A stretch of 35,746 bases of DNA, from contig CAUZOU010000002.1 of assembly GCA_963581795.1 (NCBI GenBank), positions 1-35,746 of the forward strand, in the 5' to 3' direction. Positions 1 through 9,441 of this stretch are shown here, piece after piece; within the stretch, counting starts at the first letter, position 1; each line of letters begins with the position of its first letter. The notes under the pieces are model-generated. The model was not told the DNA's origin, made no database searches, and was given only the letters and a program-made list of their open reading frames with translations. Origin of the DNA: Dehalococcoidia bacterium (GTDB lineage Bacteria > Chloroflexota > Dehalococcoidia > Lucifugimonadales > UBA2985). Position numbers and translations under genes: made by a program.

Positions 1-33
1 TTTCATGAGAATGCCTTATTCACCACACGAATT

Positions 34-51
34 TGTCATAATTTTATGACA
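34..51. promoter_or_regulatory. Perfect 8 bp inverted repeat TGTCATAA-tt-TTATGACA upstream of nfo (candidate operator)
   Basis: Read directly from the sequence. It lies about 90 nt upstream of a TATAAT hexamer (137-142) and about 130 nt upstream of the nfo ATG. It may also serve a divergent gene whose ATG complement sits at 4-6. Confidence 0.3.
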
Positions 52-182
52 TTTCTATTACTTAGAGGGCTAACAGATACCGTAAAGTCCTATTAAGCCA
101 AGCTTACAACCCCTTCGAATAGCGACTCACACGTACTATAATTAGACTCTACCAAACGAATGGCATACTTTGAGGAGGATTC

Positions 183-1034
183 ATGAAGGTAGGGGCCCAC
201 GTTTCCACCGCAGGTGGCTTGGACAAGGCAATTGATAGAGCCGTAGAAATAGGCGCTGAGACCATCCAGATATTCGTTTCTTCGCCAAGGGGTTGGGCCT
301 TCAAGCCAATCCCGACAGCCATGATTTCTAGCTTCCAGGAAAAGGCCGCCAGCACAGGCATCGGGCCTGTATTCTTCCATGGCATATATCTTGTCAGTCT
401 GGGAGCCCCCACAGAGGAGAACTTGGCAAAGTCGATCCAGGCACTCACAGACTATATGCAAGCAGCGGGAGAACTCGGAGCGGCAGGTGTTATCTTTCAC
501 TCAGGCAGTCACCGTGGAGTTGGATTCGATGGGGTATTCGACCAAGCGATAAGAGCGATAGACCAGGTTTTGAAGGCTTCGCCGGAGAACGTCTGGCTTA
601 CCATCGAGAATAGCGCGGGTATGGGAGACCACATCGGTTCCAAGTTTCAGGAGATAGGCCAGATGATGAAAGCCCTGGCCAGTCCAAATGTGAAGGTGTG
701 CCTGGATACTCAGCATCTATTCGCTTCCGAGTACGATGTGACGCACAAGGAAGGGCTGGAACGGGTTATGGAGGAGTTCGACAGGGAGATCGGCTTATCG
801 AACCTGGTGGCGGTGCATGCCAACGACAGCAAGTCGCCTTTTGGCTCGGCTGTGGACAGGCACGAGAACATCGGTGAGGGACACATCGGCCTGGACGGCT
901 TCCGTACCATCATGGGACACCCCGCGTTCAAGGACGTTCCATTCCTGCTGGAGGTCCCCGGTATAGAGGGCAACGGGCCAGACAAGGCCAACATTGACGT
1001 GCTGAAGGGGCTGAGAGCAGAGCTAGGGTTGTGA
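183..1034 (+). CDS. nfo: Endonuclease IV (deoxyribonuclease IV, AP endonuclease)
   Basis: 283 aa. Endo IV-type metal-ligand blocks are present: HSGSH, IENSAG, CLDTQHLF, VHANDSK, DRHENIGEGHIG. GAGGAGG Shine-Dalgarno at 172-178 lies 4 nt before the ATG. A TATAAT hexamer is at 137-142. Confidence 0.9.
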   Translation: MKVGAHVSTAGGLDKAIDRAVEIGAETIQIFVSSPRGWAFKPIPTAMISSFQEKAASTGIGPVFFHGIYLVSLGAPTEENLAKSIQALTDYMQAAGELGAAGVIFHSGSHRGVGFDGVFDQAIRAIDQVLKASPENVWLTIENSAGMGDHIGSKFQEIGQMMKALASPNVKVCLDTQHLFASEYDVTHKEGLERVMEEFDREIGLSNLVAVHANDSKSPFGSAVDRHENIGEGHIGLDGFRTIMGHPAFKDVPFLLEVPGIEGNGPDKANIDVLKGLRAELGL

Positions 1035-1069
1035 GAGTCGTCGAACATTATAGAGATGTGTAGGACAAG

Positions 1070-1435
1070 TTGAAAGAGGAAGAGTTTAAGGAACTGGTGC
1101 TCAACGCCATCGGGGAGCTGCCACAGGAGTTGCTGACACAGTTGGACAATGTAGCTATTGTGGTGCAGCAGTGGCCAAGTCGTGAACAGATGGAGGAGGC
1201 AGAGTTGAAGCACCGGAGCGAATTGCTGGGACTGTACGAGGGCATCCCGCTGACGGACAGGGAGAACTACAATCTAGTGCTCCCTGACAAGATCACGATA
1301 TTCCAGGGTCCGGTGGAAGCGCTGCACCAGAGTCCGCGGGAGATGGCGAAGGACATCAGTGTTACGGTTGCCCATGAGATTGCCCACCACTTTGGGATTG
1401 ATGACGAGCGGTTGGAAGAGATGGGACTGTGGTAG
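1070..1435 (+). CDS. Small zinc metallopeptidase-family protein (zincin-like, DUF1025-type)
   Basis: 121 aa with an HExxH motif (AHEIAHHFG) near the C-terminus. The N-terminus (EFKELVLNAIGELPQELLTQLDNVAIVV) is typical of this small family. TTG is the only possible start, because an in-frame stop lies at 1061. Confidence 0.7.
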   Translation: MKEEEFKELVLNAIGELPQELLTQLDNVAIVVQQWPSREQMEEAELKHRSELLGLYEGIPLTDRENYNLVLPDKITIFQGPVEALHQSPREMAKDISVTVAHEIAHHFGIDDERLEEMGLW

Positions 1436-1517
1436 CGCAGACACGGCGTGCCTTGAACCCACATAGTGTGCTGGTAAACTGGTCGGGCCAGAGGGGCGAT
1501 TTATTTTCTTGCAAGAA

Positions 1518-2570
1518 TTACAAAGAAATGCGGTTGGCGGCTATGCGTTCTTCGGCAAGGCGGTCTGCAGCCCGTGCGGTGGTTATGCCGTTAGTCCTAG
1601 ACAGTGAGATGACACTCTCGACGGTGTCGTAGATACTGGCGACCTTTTCGGCGGCCGCTTTCTCATCGTATGCTTGACCCATCTCAAGGGAGATATTTAT
1701 GATGCCGCCTGCGTTGATGATGTAATCAGGGGCGTACAGGATGCCCCGGTCTTGCAGGGTTAAGGCGTGTCGGTCGCCTAGAAGCTGGTTGTTAGCACTT
1801 CCTGCGACTACCTTGCACTTAAGACGGGGAATGGTGTTGTCGTTGAGGATGCCGCCGAGGGCGCAGGGGGCAAAAATATCGCAGTCCACGCCGTATATAG
1901 CCGAAGGGTCATCGACTACCTCAAGTCCCAGGTCACGTGCCCTGTTGAGTGCCGACTGGTTGATATCGGAGACGATGAGTTTTGCGTCCTCCCGCATAAG
2001 GTGGTCAGCAAGGTAGGAAGCGACTTTGCCGAAGCCCTGTATGGCGATGGTGCGTCCAGCCAGAGAATCTTTGCCCCAGATGTCAGCAGCGCAAGCCCTC
2101 ATGCCCTGGTATATGCCGTAGCCGGTCATCTCGGAGGGGTCGCCGCTGCCTCCCTGGTAGACGGGCAGCCCGGTAACGTGTGAGGTCTCTTTGGCAATCC
2201 ATTCCATGTCCTGTGTGGTGGCACCCACGTCCTCAGTGGTGATGTAGCGTCCTCCGAGGGAGTCGATAAAACGGCCGAAGGCCCTCATCATGGCCTCGGT
2301 CTTGTCGTTGGATGACGCCATTATCAGCGCTTTGCCTCCGCCCATGTCCAGCCCCGCAGCCGCCGATTTGTAGGTCATGCCGCGGGAGAGCCTTAGCACA
2401 TCCATGATGGCATCGTCCTCGGTCTTGTGGGGCCATATGCGAACGCCGCCGAGAGCAGGGCCAAGGGTTGTATCATGGACAGCGATAAAGACTCGTAGAC
2501 CAACGGACTTGTCGGTGAAGACAGACAGCTGCTCGTGGCCCTGTGTCTCCATGTATTCTGTGATGTTCAT
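1518..2570 (-). CDS. Leucine dehydrogenase-type Glu/Leu/Phe/Val dehydrogenase
   Basis: 350 aa with GPALGGVR, the catalytic-Lys block MTYKSAAAGLDMGGGKA, and a Rossmann GFGKVA motif. Length matches LeuDH/ValDH rather than GDH. Confidence 0.85.
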   Translation of the reverse strand: MNITEYMETQGHEQLSVFTDKSVGLRVFIAVHDTTLGPALGGVRIWPHKTEDDAIMDVLRLSRGMTYKSAAAGLDMGGGKALIMASSNDKTEAMMRAFGRFIDSLGGRYITTEDVGATTQDMEWIAKETSHVTGLPVYQGGSGDPSEMTGYGIYQGMRACAADIWGKDSLAGRTIAIQGFGKVASYLADHLMREDAKLIVSDINQSALNRARDLGLEVVDDPSAIYGVDCDIFAPCALGGILNDNTIPRLKCKVVAGSANNQLLGDRHALTLQDRGILYAPDYIINAGGIINISLEMGQAYDEKAAAEKVASIYDTVESVISLSRTNGITTARAADRLAEERIAANRISL

Positions 2571-2632
2571 TTTTTCGCCCCAAAAGGAGAGATGGTTATT
2601 CTTTCAGCGCTAGCTGGGATTGGAAGCAATCT

Positions 2633-4210
2633 CTATTCCCACTCAATGGTACCAGGAGGCTTTGAGGTGATGTCGTAGACCACACGGTTGACTTCAGCGA
2701 CCTCGTTGACGACGCGGTTGGAGATTTTCGCCAGCAGATCGTAGGGGAGACGAGCCCAGTCGGCAGTCATAGCGTCCTCACTGGTCACGGCGCGGATTGC
2801 AACCATGTAGCCGTAGGTGCGGGAGTCGCCCATGACTCCCACGGTGCGGGTATCGGTGAGGACGGCGAAGCTCTGCCACAGCTCATTGTAGAGGTCGGCG
2901 GATTCAATCTCGTCCATGACGATATGGTCGCAAGCACGAAGCACCTCCAGCTTGTCCCAGGTGACATCGCCCATGATGCGGATGGCGAGGCCTGGGCCAG
3001 GGAATGGCTGACGATATACCATCTCTTCCGGCAGGCCAAGAGCCATTCCGGCCACTCTGACTTCATCCTTGAAGAGGTAACGAAGCGGCTCTACCAGAGA
3101 GAGCGTCATGTCCTCAGGAAGACCACCGACGTTGTGGTGGGTCTTTATTGTAGCGGAAGCGTTGCCATCGGCCGACTGGCTCTCGATAACGTCAGGGTAC
3201 AGGGTGCCCTGAGCCAGAAAGTCCACTTTGCCAAGCTCCGCTGCCTGCTTTTCAAACACACGTATGAACTCTTCGCCTATGAACCGGCGCTTCTGTTCGG
3301 GGTCTACGACGGCGGCCAACCGGGCTAGGAAGTCCTCGGTGGCATCCACATAGATCAGGTTCATCTTCAGGTTCCGCTCAACGGTGTCTATTACCTGTTC
3401 GACCTCACCATGCCTGAGAAGGCCGTTGTTGACGAAGATGCAGGTAAGCTGCTCGCCGATGGCCCTATGGATCAGGGCCGCTGTCACGGTTGAGTCAACG
3501 CCCCCAGAAAGTGCACAGATGACCTTGCCATTGCCAACCTGCTTCCGTATGCGTGATACGCTCTCTTCTACAAAGCTATTGGGTGTCCACGTCCCATGGC
3601 ACTGGCAAATGCGATAGAGGAAATTCTCGATTATCTTCTTGCCCTCAGGGGTGTGAACCACCTCAGGGTGGAACTGTAGGCCAAGAACACCTCTATCGTT
3701 GCCCATGACTGCAACAGGGGAGTTGTCGGTATGGGCAAAGGAACGGAAGCCAGGCGGCATTTCCTGCACCTGGTCTCCATGGCTCATCCACACGGTTATG
3801 GAGGATGGCAGGTCAGCAAAGAGGGAGCTTGTTTCTTCATTCTGGTGCAGTACTGCATGACCATACTCATGCCTGCTCCCAGGTACAACCTTACCACCCA
3901 GCTGATGGGCCATGACCTGCAGCCCGTAGCAGATTCCCAATATGGGAAGCCCACTTTCATATAACCATGCGGGAGCCATAGGAGCGTTTGGTTCGTAGAC
4001 GCTAGCAGGGCCACCGGACAGGATTACGCCACTTGGGTTGAGACCGGCTACCTGTTCCCAGGAGACACTGGGAGGCACTATCTCGCAGTACACGCTGCAC
4101 TCTCTAACCCTTCGTGCTATGAGGTGGCTATACTGAGAGCCAAAGTCGATTACGACAACCGCCTCAGCCTTGCCTACGTGGGATGCCTGTATTCCATTGG
4201 CGATTTCCAT
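2633..4210 (-). CDS. guaA: GMP synthase (glutamine-hydrolysing)
   Basis: 525 aa. It has an N-terminal class I amidotransferase domain (GICYGLQ, HPE), an ATP-PPase P-loop (SGGVDS) and the characteristic C-terminal GTIEWE. Confidence 0.95.
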   Translation of the reverse strand: MEIANGIQASHVGKAEAVVVIDFGSQYSHLIARRVRECSVYCEIVPPSVSWEQVAGLNPSGVILSGGPASVYEPNAPMAPAWLYESGLPILGICYGLQVMAHQLGGKVVPGSRHEYGHAVLHQNEETSSLFADLPSSITVWMSHGDQVQEMPPGFRSFAHTDNSPVAVMGNDRGVLGLQFHPEVVHTPEGKKIIENFLYRICQCHGTWTPNSFVEESVSRIRKQVGNGKVICALSGGVDSTVTAALIHRAIGEQLTCIFVNNGLLRHGEVEQVIDTVERNLKMNLIYVDATEDFLARLAAVVDPEQKRRFIGEEFIRVFEKQAAELGKVDFLAQGTLYPDVIESQSADGNASATIKTHHNVGGLPEDMTLSLVEPLRYLFKDEVRVAGMALGLPEEMVYRQPFPGPGLAIRIMGDVTWDKLEVLRACDHIVMDEIESADLYNELWQSFAVLTDTRTVGVMGDSRTYGYMVAIRAVTSEDAMTADWARLPYDLLAKISNRVVNEVAEVNRVVYDITSKPPGTIEWE

Positions 4211-4336
4211 ACGATAGAAACCTCCACATCTTGACTGATAGATAATCGGTGGATGGTGGGGTCGTCACAAGGAGCCTGAACCCACGAAACCGTCGCCTCA
4301 CATTAGCATCTGTGATATACTCCGTCAAGGAAAATT

Positions 4337-5002
4337 ATGCGTAGCCCTCAAGGAATTCAGACCGCTGGAAACCAGGTGGAAAAGGCGGTATCTATTCTTC
4401 TACAGGGAGGACTTGTAGCCTTCCCAACCGATACGTTATATGCCCTAGGTGCCCATGCCTTTATCGATGCCGCCGTACAAAGGGTGTATGAGGTGAAGGG
4501 CAGGCCCATTGATATGGCATTGCCACTGCTTCTGGCAAACACTTTTGACATGGAAAAGGTGGCCGTCAATATTTCACAGGCTGCCTGGGACATGGCTGAA
4601 CGGTTCTGGCCGGGAGCCCTGACCATGCTCCTTCACAAGGGGCCTTCCGTATCCTCGGTTGTGACTGCCGGTAAGGAAACGGTTGCGGTTAGAGTGCCTA
4701 ATCATCATCTTGCACTGAAGCTAATAGAGGCGACAGGCACTCCGTTGACCGGCACCAGCGCCAACAGCTTCGGAGGAAGCGACCCCATTACTGCCCCACA
4801 GGTACGCCGCCAGCTTGGAGAAGGAGTAAGCATGATACTAGATGACGGCATATGCCCCCTAGAGGGGGCCTCTACCATCGTAGATATGACTTCTGACACC
4901 CCGCGTATTGTGAGAAGCGGGGCCATTCCCGCTTCTCTGCTGACGCAAATGTGCCCAGGAATCGAAGAGTCGGGCAGCAGGAATGCCACACGAAAATCAT
5001 GA
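4337..5002 (+). CDS. tsaC: L-threonylcarbamoyladenylate synthase (YrdC/Sua5/YwlC family, single domain)
   Basis: 221 aa with FPTDTLYALG, KGRP, VRVPNH and SANSFGG blocks of the YrdC fold. Confidence 0.85.
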   Translation: MRSPQGIQTAGNQVEKAVSILLQGGLVAFPTDTLYALGAHAFIDAAVQRVYEVKGRPIDMALPLLLANTFDMEKVAVNISQAAWDMAERFWPGALTMLLHKGPSVSSVVTAGKETVAVRVPNHHLALKLIEATGTPLTGTSANSFGGSDPITAPQVRRQLGEGVSMILDDGICPLEGASTIVDMTSDTPRIVRSGAIPASLLTQMCPGIEESGSRNATRKS

Positions 5003-6021
5003 ATCAGCCCTCCGCATTCAACAGACATAGGGACGGCATAGAGACAGAGCTGAAATCAATAGTCATGGGACAGAACCTGCCACTGTACCGAATGATGGCC
5101 TATCACATGGGATGGTTGGACGACCAGGGAGAGACGGTTCGCATAGATGTCGGCGAACGCATACACGCCACACTCTGCGTCTTGGTCTGCGAAGCCCTTG
5201 GCGGTGAAATCGCAAAAGCCATTCCCGCAGCCGTATCGCTAGAACTGGTGCACAACTTCTCACGGATACACAATGATATTCAGGAAGGCACACCGGAGCG
5301 ATATCACAGGCCAACGGTGTGGTGGGTGTGGGGACCCGCCCAAGGCATAAACGCCGGAGACGGTATGCACGCGCTGGCCCGCCTCAGCCTGCTACGGCAG
5401 ACCGAGAAGGGAATGCTGGCAGAACTTGCGTTGAGGGCTGTGGAAACCCTGGATACAGCCTGCCTGCGCCTCTGCGAAGGGCAGTACCTTGACTTGACAT
5501 ACCAGGAACGGGTAGACATATCACAGGACGCCTACTTTCAGATGGTGGATGGAAAGACCGCTGCGCTCATAAGCTGTGCAGCGGAGCTGGGCGCGTTGAT
5601 GGCCTCCGCTGACGAGAAGTCCATAAATGCCATGGCCCTCTTTGGACAAAAACTCGGCACGGCCTTCCAGATACGCAACGACATCCTTGACCTGTGGCGG
5701 CCTCAGAATACGGATGCACCGCCGGCAGGGGACATACTCAACAAGAGGAAATCGCTGCCTATTGTATACGCGCTTCAGAACGCTAGCGGAACCGAGAAGC
5801 GCGCACTGGGAGACGTTTACTTCAAGCGTGTCATGGAACCCGAAGATATAGAAAAGGTTATTGAAGTTTTGGATAGGTTGGGTGCAAGGGAATTTTCCCA
5901 GGAAACGGCCAATACTCTATGCCAGGAAGCCATACAGGCCATAGGCGAAGCCGGCGCGTCTTCCCAAGGAATGGATGAACTCAGTAACGTAGCCCGTTTT
6001 CTAATAACTAGGGATTCTTGA
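4999..6021 (+). CDS. Polyprenyl (isoprenyl) diphosphate synthase-like protein with non-canonical Asp-rich motifs
   Basis: Trans-IDS fold blocks are present: ELVHNFSRIH, WG....INAGD, GKTAALI, GTAFQI, KRKSLPIVYAL. The first motif reads HNDIQE and the second RNDILD, instead of DDxxD. The start is set at ATG 4999, which forms an ATGA overlap with the tsaC stop. The track ORF begins at 4951. Confidence 0.75.
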   Translation: MNQPSAFNRHRDGIETELKSIVMGQNLPLYRMMAYHMGWLDDQGETVRIDVGERIHATLCVLVCEALGGEIAKAIPAAVSLELVHNFSRIHNDIQEGTPERYHRPTVWWVWGPAQGINAGDGMHALARLSLLRQTEKGMLAELALRAVETLDTACLRLCEGQYLDLTYQERVDISQDAYFQMVDGKTAALISCAAELGALMASADEKSINAMALFGQKLGTAFQIRNDILDLWRPQNTDAPPAGDILNKRKSLPIVYALQNASGTEKRALGDVYFKRVMEPEDIEKVIEVLDRLGAREFSQETANTLCQEAIQAIGEAGASSQGMDELSNVARFLITRDS

Positions 6022-6173
6022 ATATTACAAATGCACGCTGCTTAGGAACGCCGCTACAATTGCGGAAGGGCCAATAGGGACTGAATTTAATGAACTATTA
6101 TCGGTGGAGCGCCAAAGGACTTAGATTCTTCGGCCCTGTCGGGCCTCAGAATGACATTGTTGTGTGAGGTTGT

Positions 6174-7364
6174 ATGAAAAAGCAGACCGTACGAGACATA
6201 GATGTTAATGGCAAACGAGTGCTGGTCAGGGTTGACTTCAACGTCTCGCTGGATAAGGGCATAATCAGCGACGATGGTCGACTCCGCGCCGTTCTCCCAA
6301 CGATACAATATTTGCAAGAGCATGGAGCAGCAATAGTCCTCTGCTCCCACCTTGGCAGGCCGGGCGGGAAGGTCGTGGAGGACATGAGGCTGGCTCCCAT
6401 CGGACAGCGCCTGTCTGAACTTTTGCAGCAGGACGTAACCTGCCTAGACGAGTGCATAGGCCCAAAAGTGTCGGCAGCAGTGAAGGAACTGAAGCATGGA
6501 GAAACTCTTCTGCTTGAGAACCTGCGCTTCCACCCTGAGGAGGAGCAGAACGACCCGGATTTCGCCAAAGCCCTTGCATCCATAGCGGACGTATTTGTAG
6601 ACGACGGGTTCGCGGTCGCACACCGCGCACACGCATCCACGGAAGGAGTCACCCACTATCTGCCGTCTGTGGCTGGCTTTCTCATGGAGAGGGAGATGGA
6701 AATCCTGGGTTCGGTGCTCCAGTCCCCTGAAGGGCCCCTTGTTGTGGCCCTTGGAGGAGCCAAGATAAGCGATAAGATAGGAGTCATTGAGAACTTTCTG
6801 CACAAGGTGGATACCCTGTTGATTGGCGGCGGGATGGCTGCCACCTTCCTCAAGGCTCAGGGGTTGTCCGTCGGCAACTCCCTAGTGGAGGATAATCGAC
6901 TAGACATAGCCCGGGACATCATGGAGCGCGCAAAGGGAAACGGCACGTCTCTGCTTATCCCGCTGGACGTGGTAGTTGCCGACTCCTTCAGCGCTGTGGC
7001 CGACAGCCGTACCGTGGACGTGGAAGATGTGCCAGATGGATGGTACATCATGGATATAGGGCACCGCACGCTGGATGTCTTCAGAGCTGAGGTAGCCAAA
7101 GGCAAGACAATCCTCTGGAACGGGCCAATGGGAGTCTTTGAGTTCGCGGCCTTCAGCAGAGGCACACGGGAGCTTGTAGCGACCCTTGGAAGTCTGAACG
7201 GAGCCACCACAATCCTAGGCGGAGGCTCCACGGCAGAGGCGGTGGACTCGCTTGGCCTTACAAACAGGATAACACACGTCTCGACGGGCGGAGGCGCGTC
7301 CCTGGAGTTCCTGGAGGGCAAGACCCTGCCAGGTATCGCCGCTCTACTGAACAAGGAGTCATAA
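6174..7364 (+). CDS. pgk: Phosphoglycerate kinase
   Basis: 396 aa with RVDFNV, SHLGRP, LENLRFH and GGGDS-like [14 protein letters not shown] blocks. Confidence 0.95.
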   Translation: MKKQTVRDIDVNGKRVLVRVDFNVSLDKGIISDDGRLRAVLPTIQYLQEHGAAIVLCSHLGRPGGKVVEDMRLAPIGQRLSELLQQDVTCLDECIGPKVSAAVKELKHGETLLLENLRFHPEEEQNDPDFAKALASIADVFVDDGFAVAHRAHASTEGVTHYLPSVAGFLMEREMEILGSVLQSPEGPLVVALGGAKISDKIGVIENFLHKVDTLLIGGGMAATFLKAQGLSVGNSLVEDNRLDIARDIMERAKGNGTSLLIPLDVVVADSFSAVADSRTVDVEDVPDGWYIMDIGHRTLDVFRAEVAKGKTILWNGPMGVFEFAAFSRGTRELVATLGSLNGATTILGGGSTAEAVDSLGLTNRITHVSTGGGASLEFLEGKTLPGIAALLNKES

Positions 7365-7369
7365 AGACC

Positions 7370-8575
7370 ATGATAGATTTCCCTCACATTGCAGATATAT
7401 GCCAACCAACTGCTTCGAAGGTTGTAATGCTGGTAGCAGACGGCCTTGGCGGCGCACCCCATCCCGAAACGGGCAAGTCGGAGCTTGAGGTAGCCAGAAC
7501 TCCCAACCTAGACAAGCTGGCATCATGCAGCGCCTGCGGGCTCACCACGCCTGTACTTCCCGGTATTACGCCAGGGAGCGGACCGGGACATCTATCGCTA
7601 TTCGGATACGACCCGGTGAAGTACCTCATCGGCCGTGGCGTGTTGGAGGCACTTGGCATCGACATTGAACTGCGGGACGGCGACGTGGCAGCACGGGGCA
7701 ATTTCTGCACAGTGGACGGCCAGGGCAAGCTTATGGACCGCAGGGCGGGGCGCATCAGTTCCCAGGAGAGTACCCCCCTTTGCAAAATACTTGACCAGAT
7801 AGATGTGCCCGGACTTGAGGTGCGCATCTTCCCTGTGCAGGACTACCGTTTTGTGGCACTGTTCCGAGGTCACGACTTGAGCGAAAGCGTGACAGAGACC
7901 GACCCACAAATACTGGGCGTAGCGCCAAGACGTGTGGAGGCCCTCAACCCGGCGGCTGAAAAGACAGCCGCGGCGGCCAACGCCCTGATAGAAGGGGCAA
8001 GGGAGATGCTTGGGAACCGTGAGAAGGCCAACATGGTGATGCTGCGAGGGTTCTCACAACTGCCGGAACTGCCCAGTTTCGGTGAGTCGTACAAGCTAAA
8101 CCCCGCCGCTATCGCCGCATACCCCATGTATCGCGGCCTGGCCAAGGTCGCGGGCATGAAGATAATACCCACAGGTCCAAATTTCCAAGCTGAGGTGGAG
8201 ACTCTGAGGCTAAACTTTCAAGAACATGATTTCTTCTACCTTCACTACAAGCCCGCTGACGCTGCGGGTGAGGACGGCAATTTCGATGCAAAAGTGCAGG
8301 CACTGGAGGAGCTGGACGCATTCATACCCAACATCCTTGACCTGAACCCCGATGCACTGGTTGTGGCAGGGGACCACGCCACTCCGTCGATACTTGCAGG
8401 ACACGGTTGGCAGCCCGTGCCACTGCTCATACACTCCAAACTGACACTGGGGGAGGGAGTGGATGCTTTCGACGAGAGGGCGTGTGCCAACGGGTCGATT
8501 GGAAGGATACCAGCCACTCAGGTTATGTTCCTTGCGCTGGCCCACGCCGGCAAGCTAATCAAGTTCGGGCCATAA
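7370..8575 (+). CDS. apgM: Cofactor-independent phosphoglycerate mutase, archaeal type
   Basis: 401 aa with MLVADGLGG, TPNLDKLA and a C-terminal GDHATP..HG block typical of the ApgM metalloenzyme family. It lies between pgk and tpiA. Confidence 0.85.
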   Translation: MIDFPHIADICQPTASKVVMLVADGLGGAPHPETGKSELEVARTPNLDKLASCSACGLTTPVLPGITPGSGPGHLSLFGYDPVKYLIGRGVLEALGIDIELRDGDVAARGNFCTVDGQGKLMDRRAGRISSQESTPLCKILDQIDVPGLEVRIFPVQDYRFVALFRGHDLSESVTETDPQILGVAPRRVEALNPAAEKTAAAANALIEGAREMLGNREKANMVMLRGFSQLPELPSFGESYKLNPAAIAAYPMYRGLAKVAGMKIIPTGPNFQAEVETLRLNFQEHDFFYLHYKPADAAGEDGNFDAKVQALEELDAFIPNILDLNPDALVVAGDHATPSILAGHGWQPVPLLIHSKLTLGEGVDAFDERACANGSIGRIPATQVMFLALAHAGKLIKFGP

Positions 8576-8677
8576 GGTAGACCATTGGATAAAACACTTT
8601 CATAGAGGAGTGAGTCCCAACAGACTTGTACCCAAGAACAGTACTGAAATATATTCAGAAAACCTAGGAGGAATAGG

Positions 8678-9430
8678 ATGCCAACACCCATCGTCGCTGG
8701 AAACTGGAAGATGAACACCACCCTAACCGAGGCAATAGCACTGGCGTCCGAGATGCGGGACGCGCTGGATACCATAGGCGAAGTGGAGAAGGTGCTGTGT
8801 CCGCCGTTCCTCTCTCTGAAGGCGGTGAAGGACGCTATGGAAGGCACCTCAATAAGGATTGGTGCGCAGAATATGCACCACGAGGAGAAGGGGGCATACA
8901 CAGGCGAGGTATCGCCCGGGATGCTGGCGGAGTTGTGCCAGTACGTAATCCTTGGCCACTCAGAACGGCGGCAGTATTTCTGGGAGACGGACGAGGCAAT
9001 CAACCGCAAGGTAAGGGCCGCACTGGCCGCAGGGTTGAAGCCAATCCTGTGCGTGGGAGAGGGACTTGAGGAGAGGGAAGAGGGGCTGGCAAAGTCGGTG
9101 GTGACGGCACAATTGCGTGGGGCACTCAACCGCGTGTCGTCCAGCGATGCGCTGGCCGTGGCCTACGAGCCAATATGGGCCATCGGGACGGGGAAGGCGG
9201 CGACCGGGGAAGCCGCGGAGGAGATGATGAGTACAATACGCGACACTCTTATCGAGCTATACGGAGATGCCTCAGCCATGGAAGTACCCCTGCTGTACGG
9301 TGGCAGCGTTACGCCAGACAACGTCGCCGAGTACGCTAGCCAACCAAACGTCAACGGAGCTCTGGTTGGGGGAGCCAGCCTGGATGCAGTGCGTTTCGCA
9401 GGCATCGCGCGCGGGATAGCGGCGGGGTAG
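8678..9430 (+). CDS. tpiA: Triosephosphate isomerase
   Basis: 250 aa with AGNWKMN, GHSERR, AYEPIWAIGTG and YGGSV. AGGAGG lies upstream. Confidence 0.95.
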   Translation: MPTPIVAGNWKMNTTLTEAIALASEMRDALDTIGEVEKVLCPPFLSLKAVKDAMEGTSIRIGAQNMHHEEKGAYTGEVSPGMLAELCQYVILGHSERRQYFWETDEAINRKVRAALAAGLKPILCVGEGLEEREEGLAKSVVTAQLRGALNRVSSSDALAVAYEPIWAIGTGKAATGEAAEEMMSTIRDTLIELYGDASAMEVPLLYGGSVTPDNVAEYASQPNVNGALVGGASLDAVRFAGIARGIAAG

Positions 9431-9441
9431 GGGGGCATTCC

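Noticed and set aside
710-1213. Long antisense ORFs overlapping confidently assigned genes. Examples: 710-1213(-), 6146-6652(-), 6857-7462(-), 8518-9129(-), 12602-13261(-), 18675-19271(-), 26625-27161(-), 27743-28336(-), 33929-34498(-).
   Set aside because: They are shadow frames of moderately GC-rich coding sequence. Their compositions are Ser/Arg/Pro/Ala-rich, they resemble no family, and each lies fully inside a gene with strong motif support on the other strand.
1506-1517. 12 nt palindrome TTCTTGCAAGAA in the convergent spacer next to the dehydrogenase stop.
   Set aside because: It is too short and has no loop, so it cannot be a terminator hairpin. It is noted only because of the related TTGCAA dyad at 20042-20060. 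Chance occurrence cannot be excluded.
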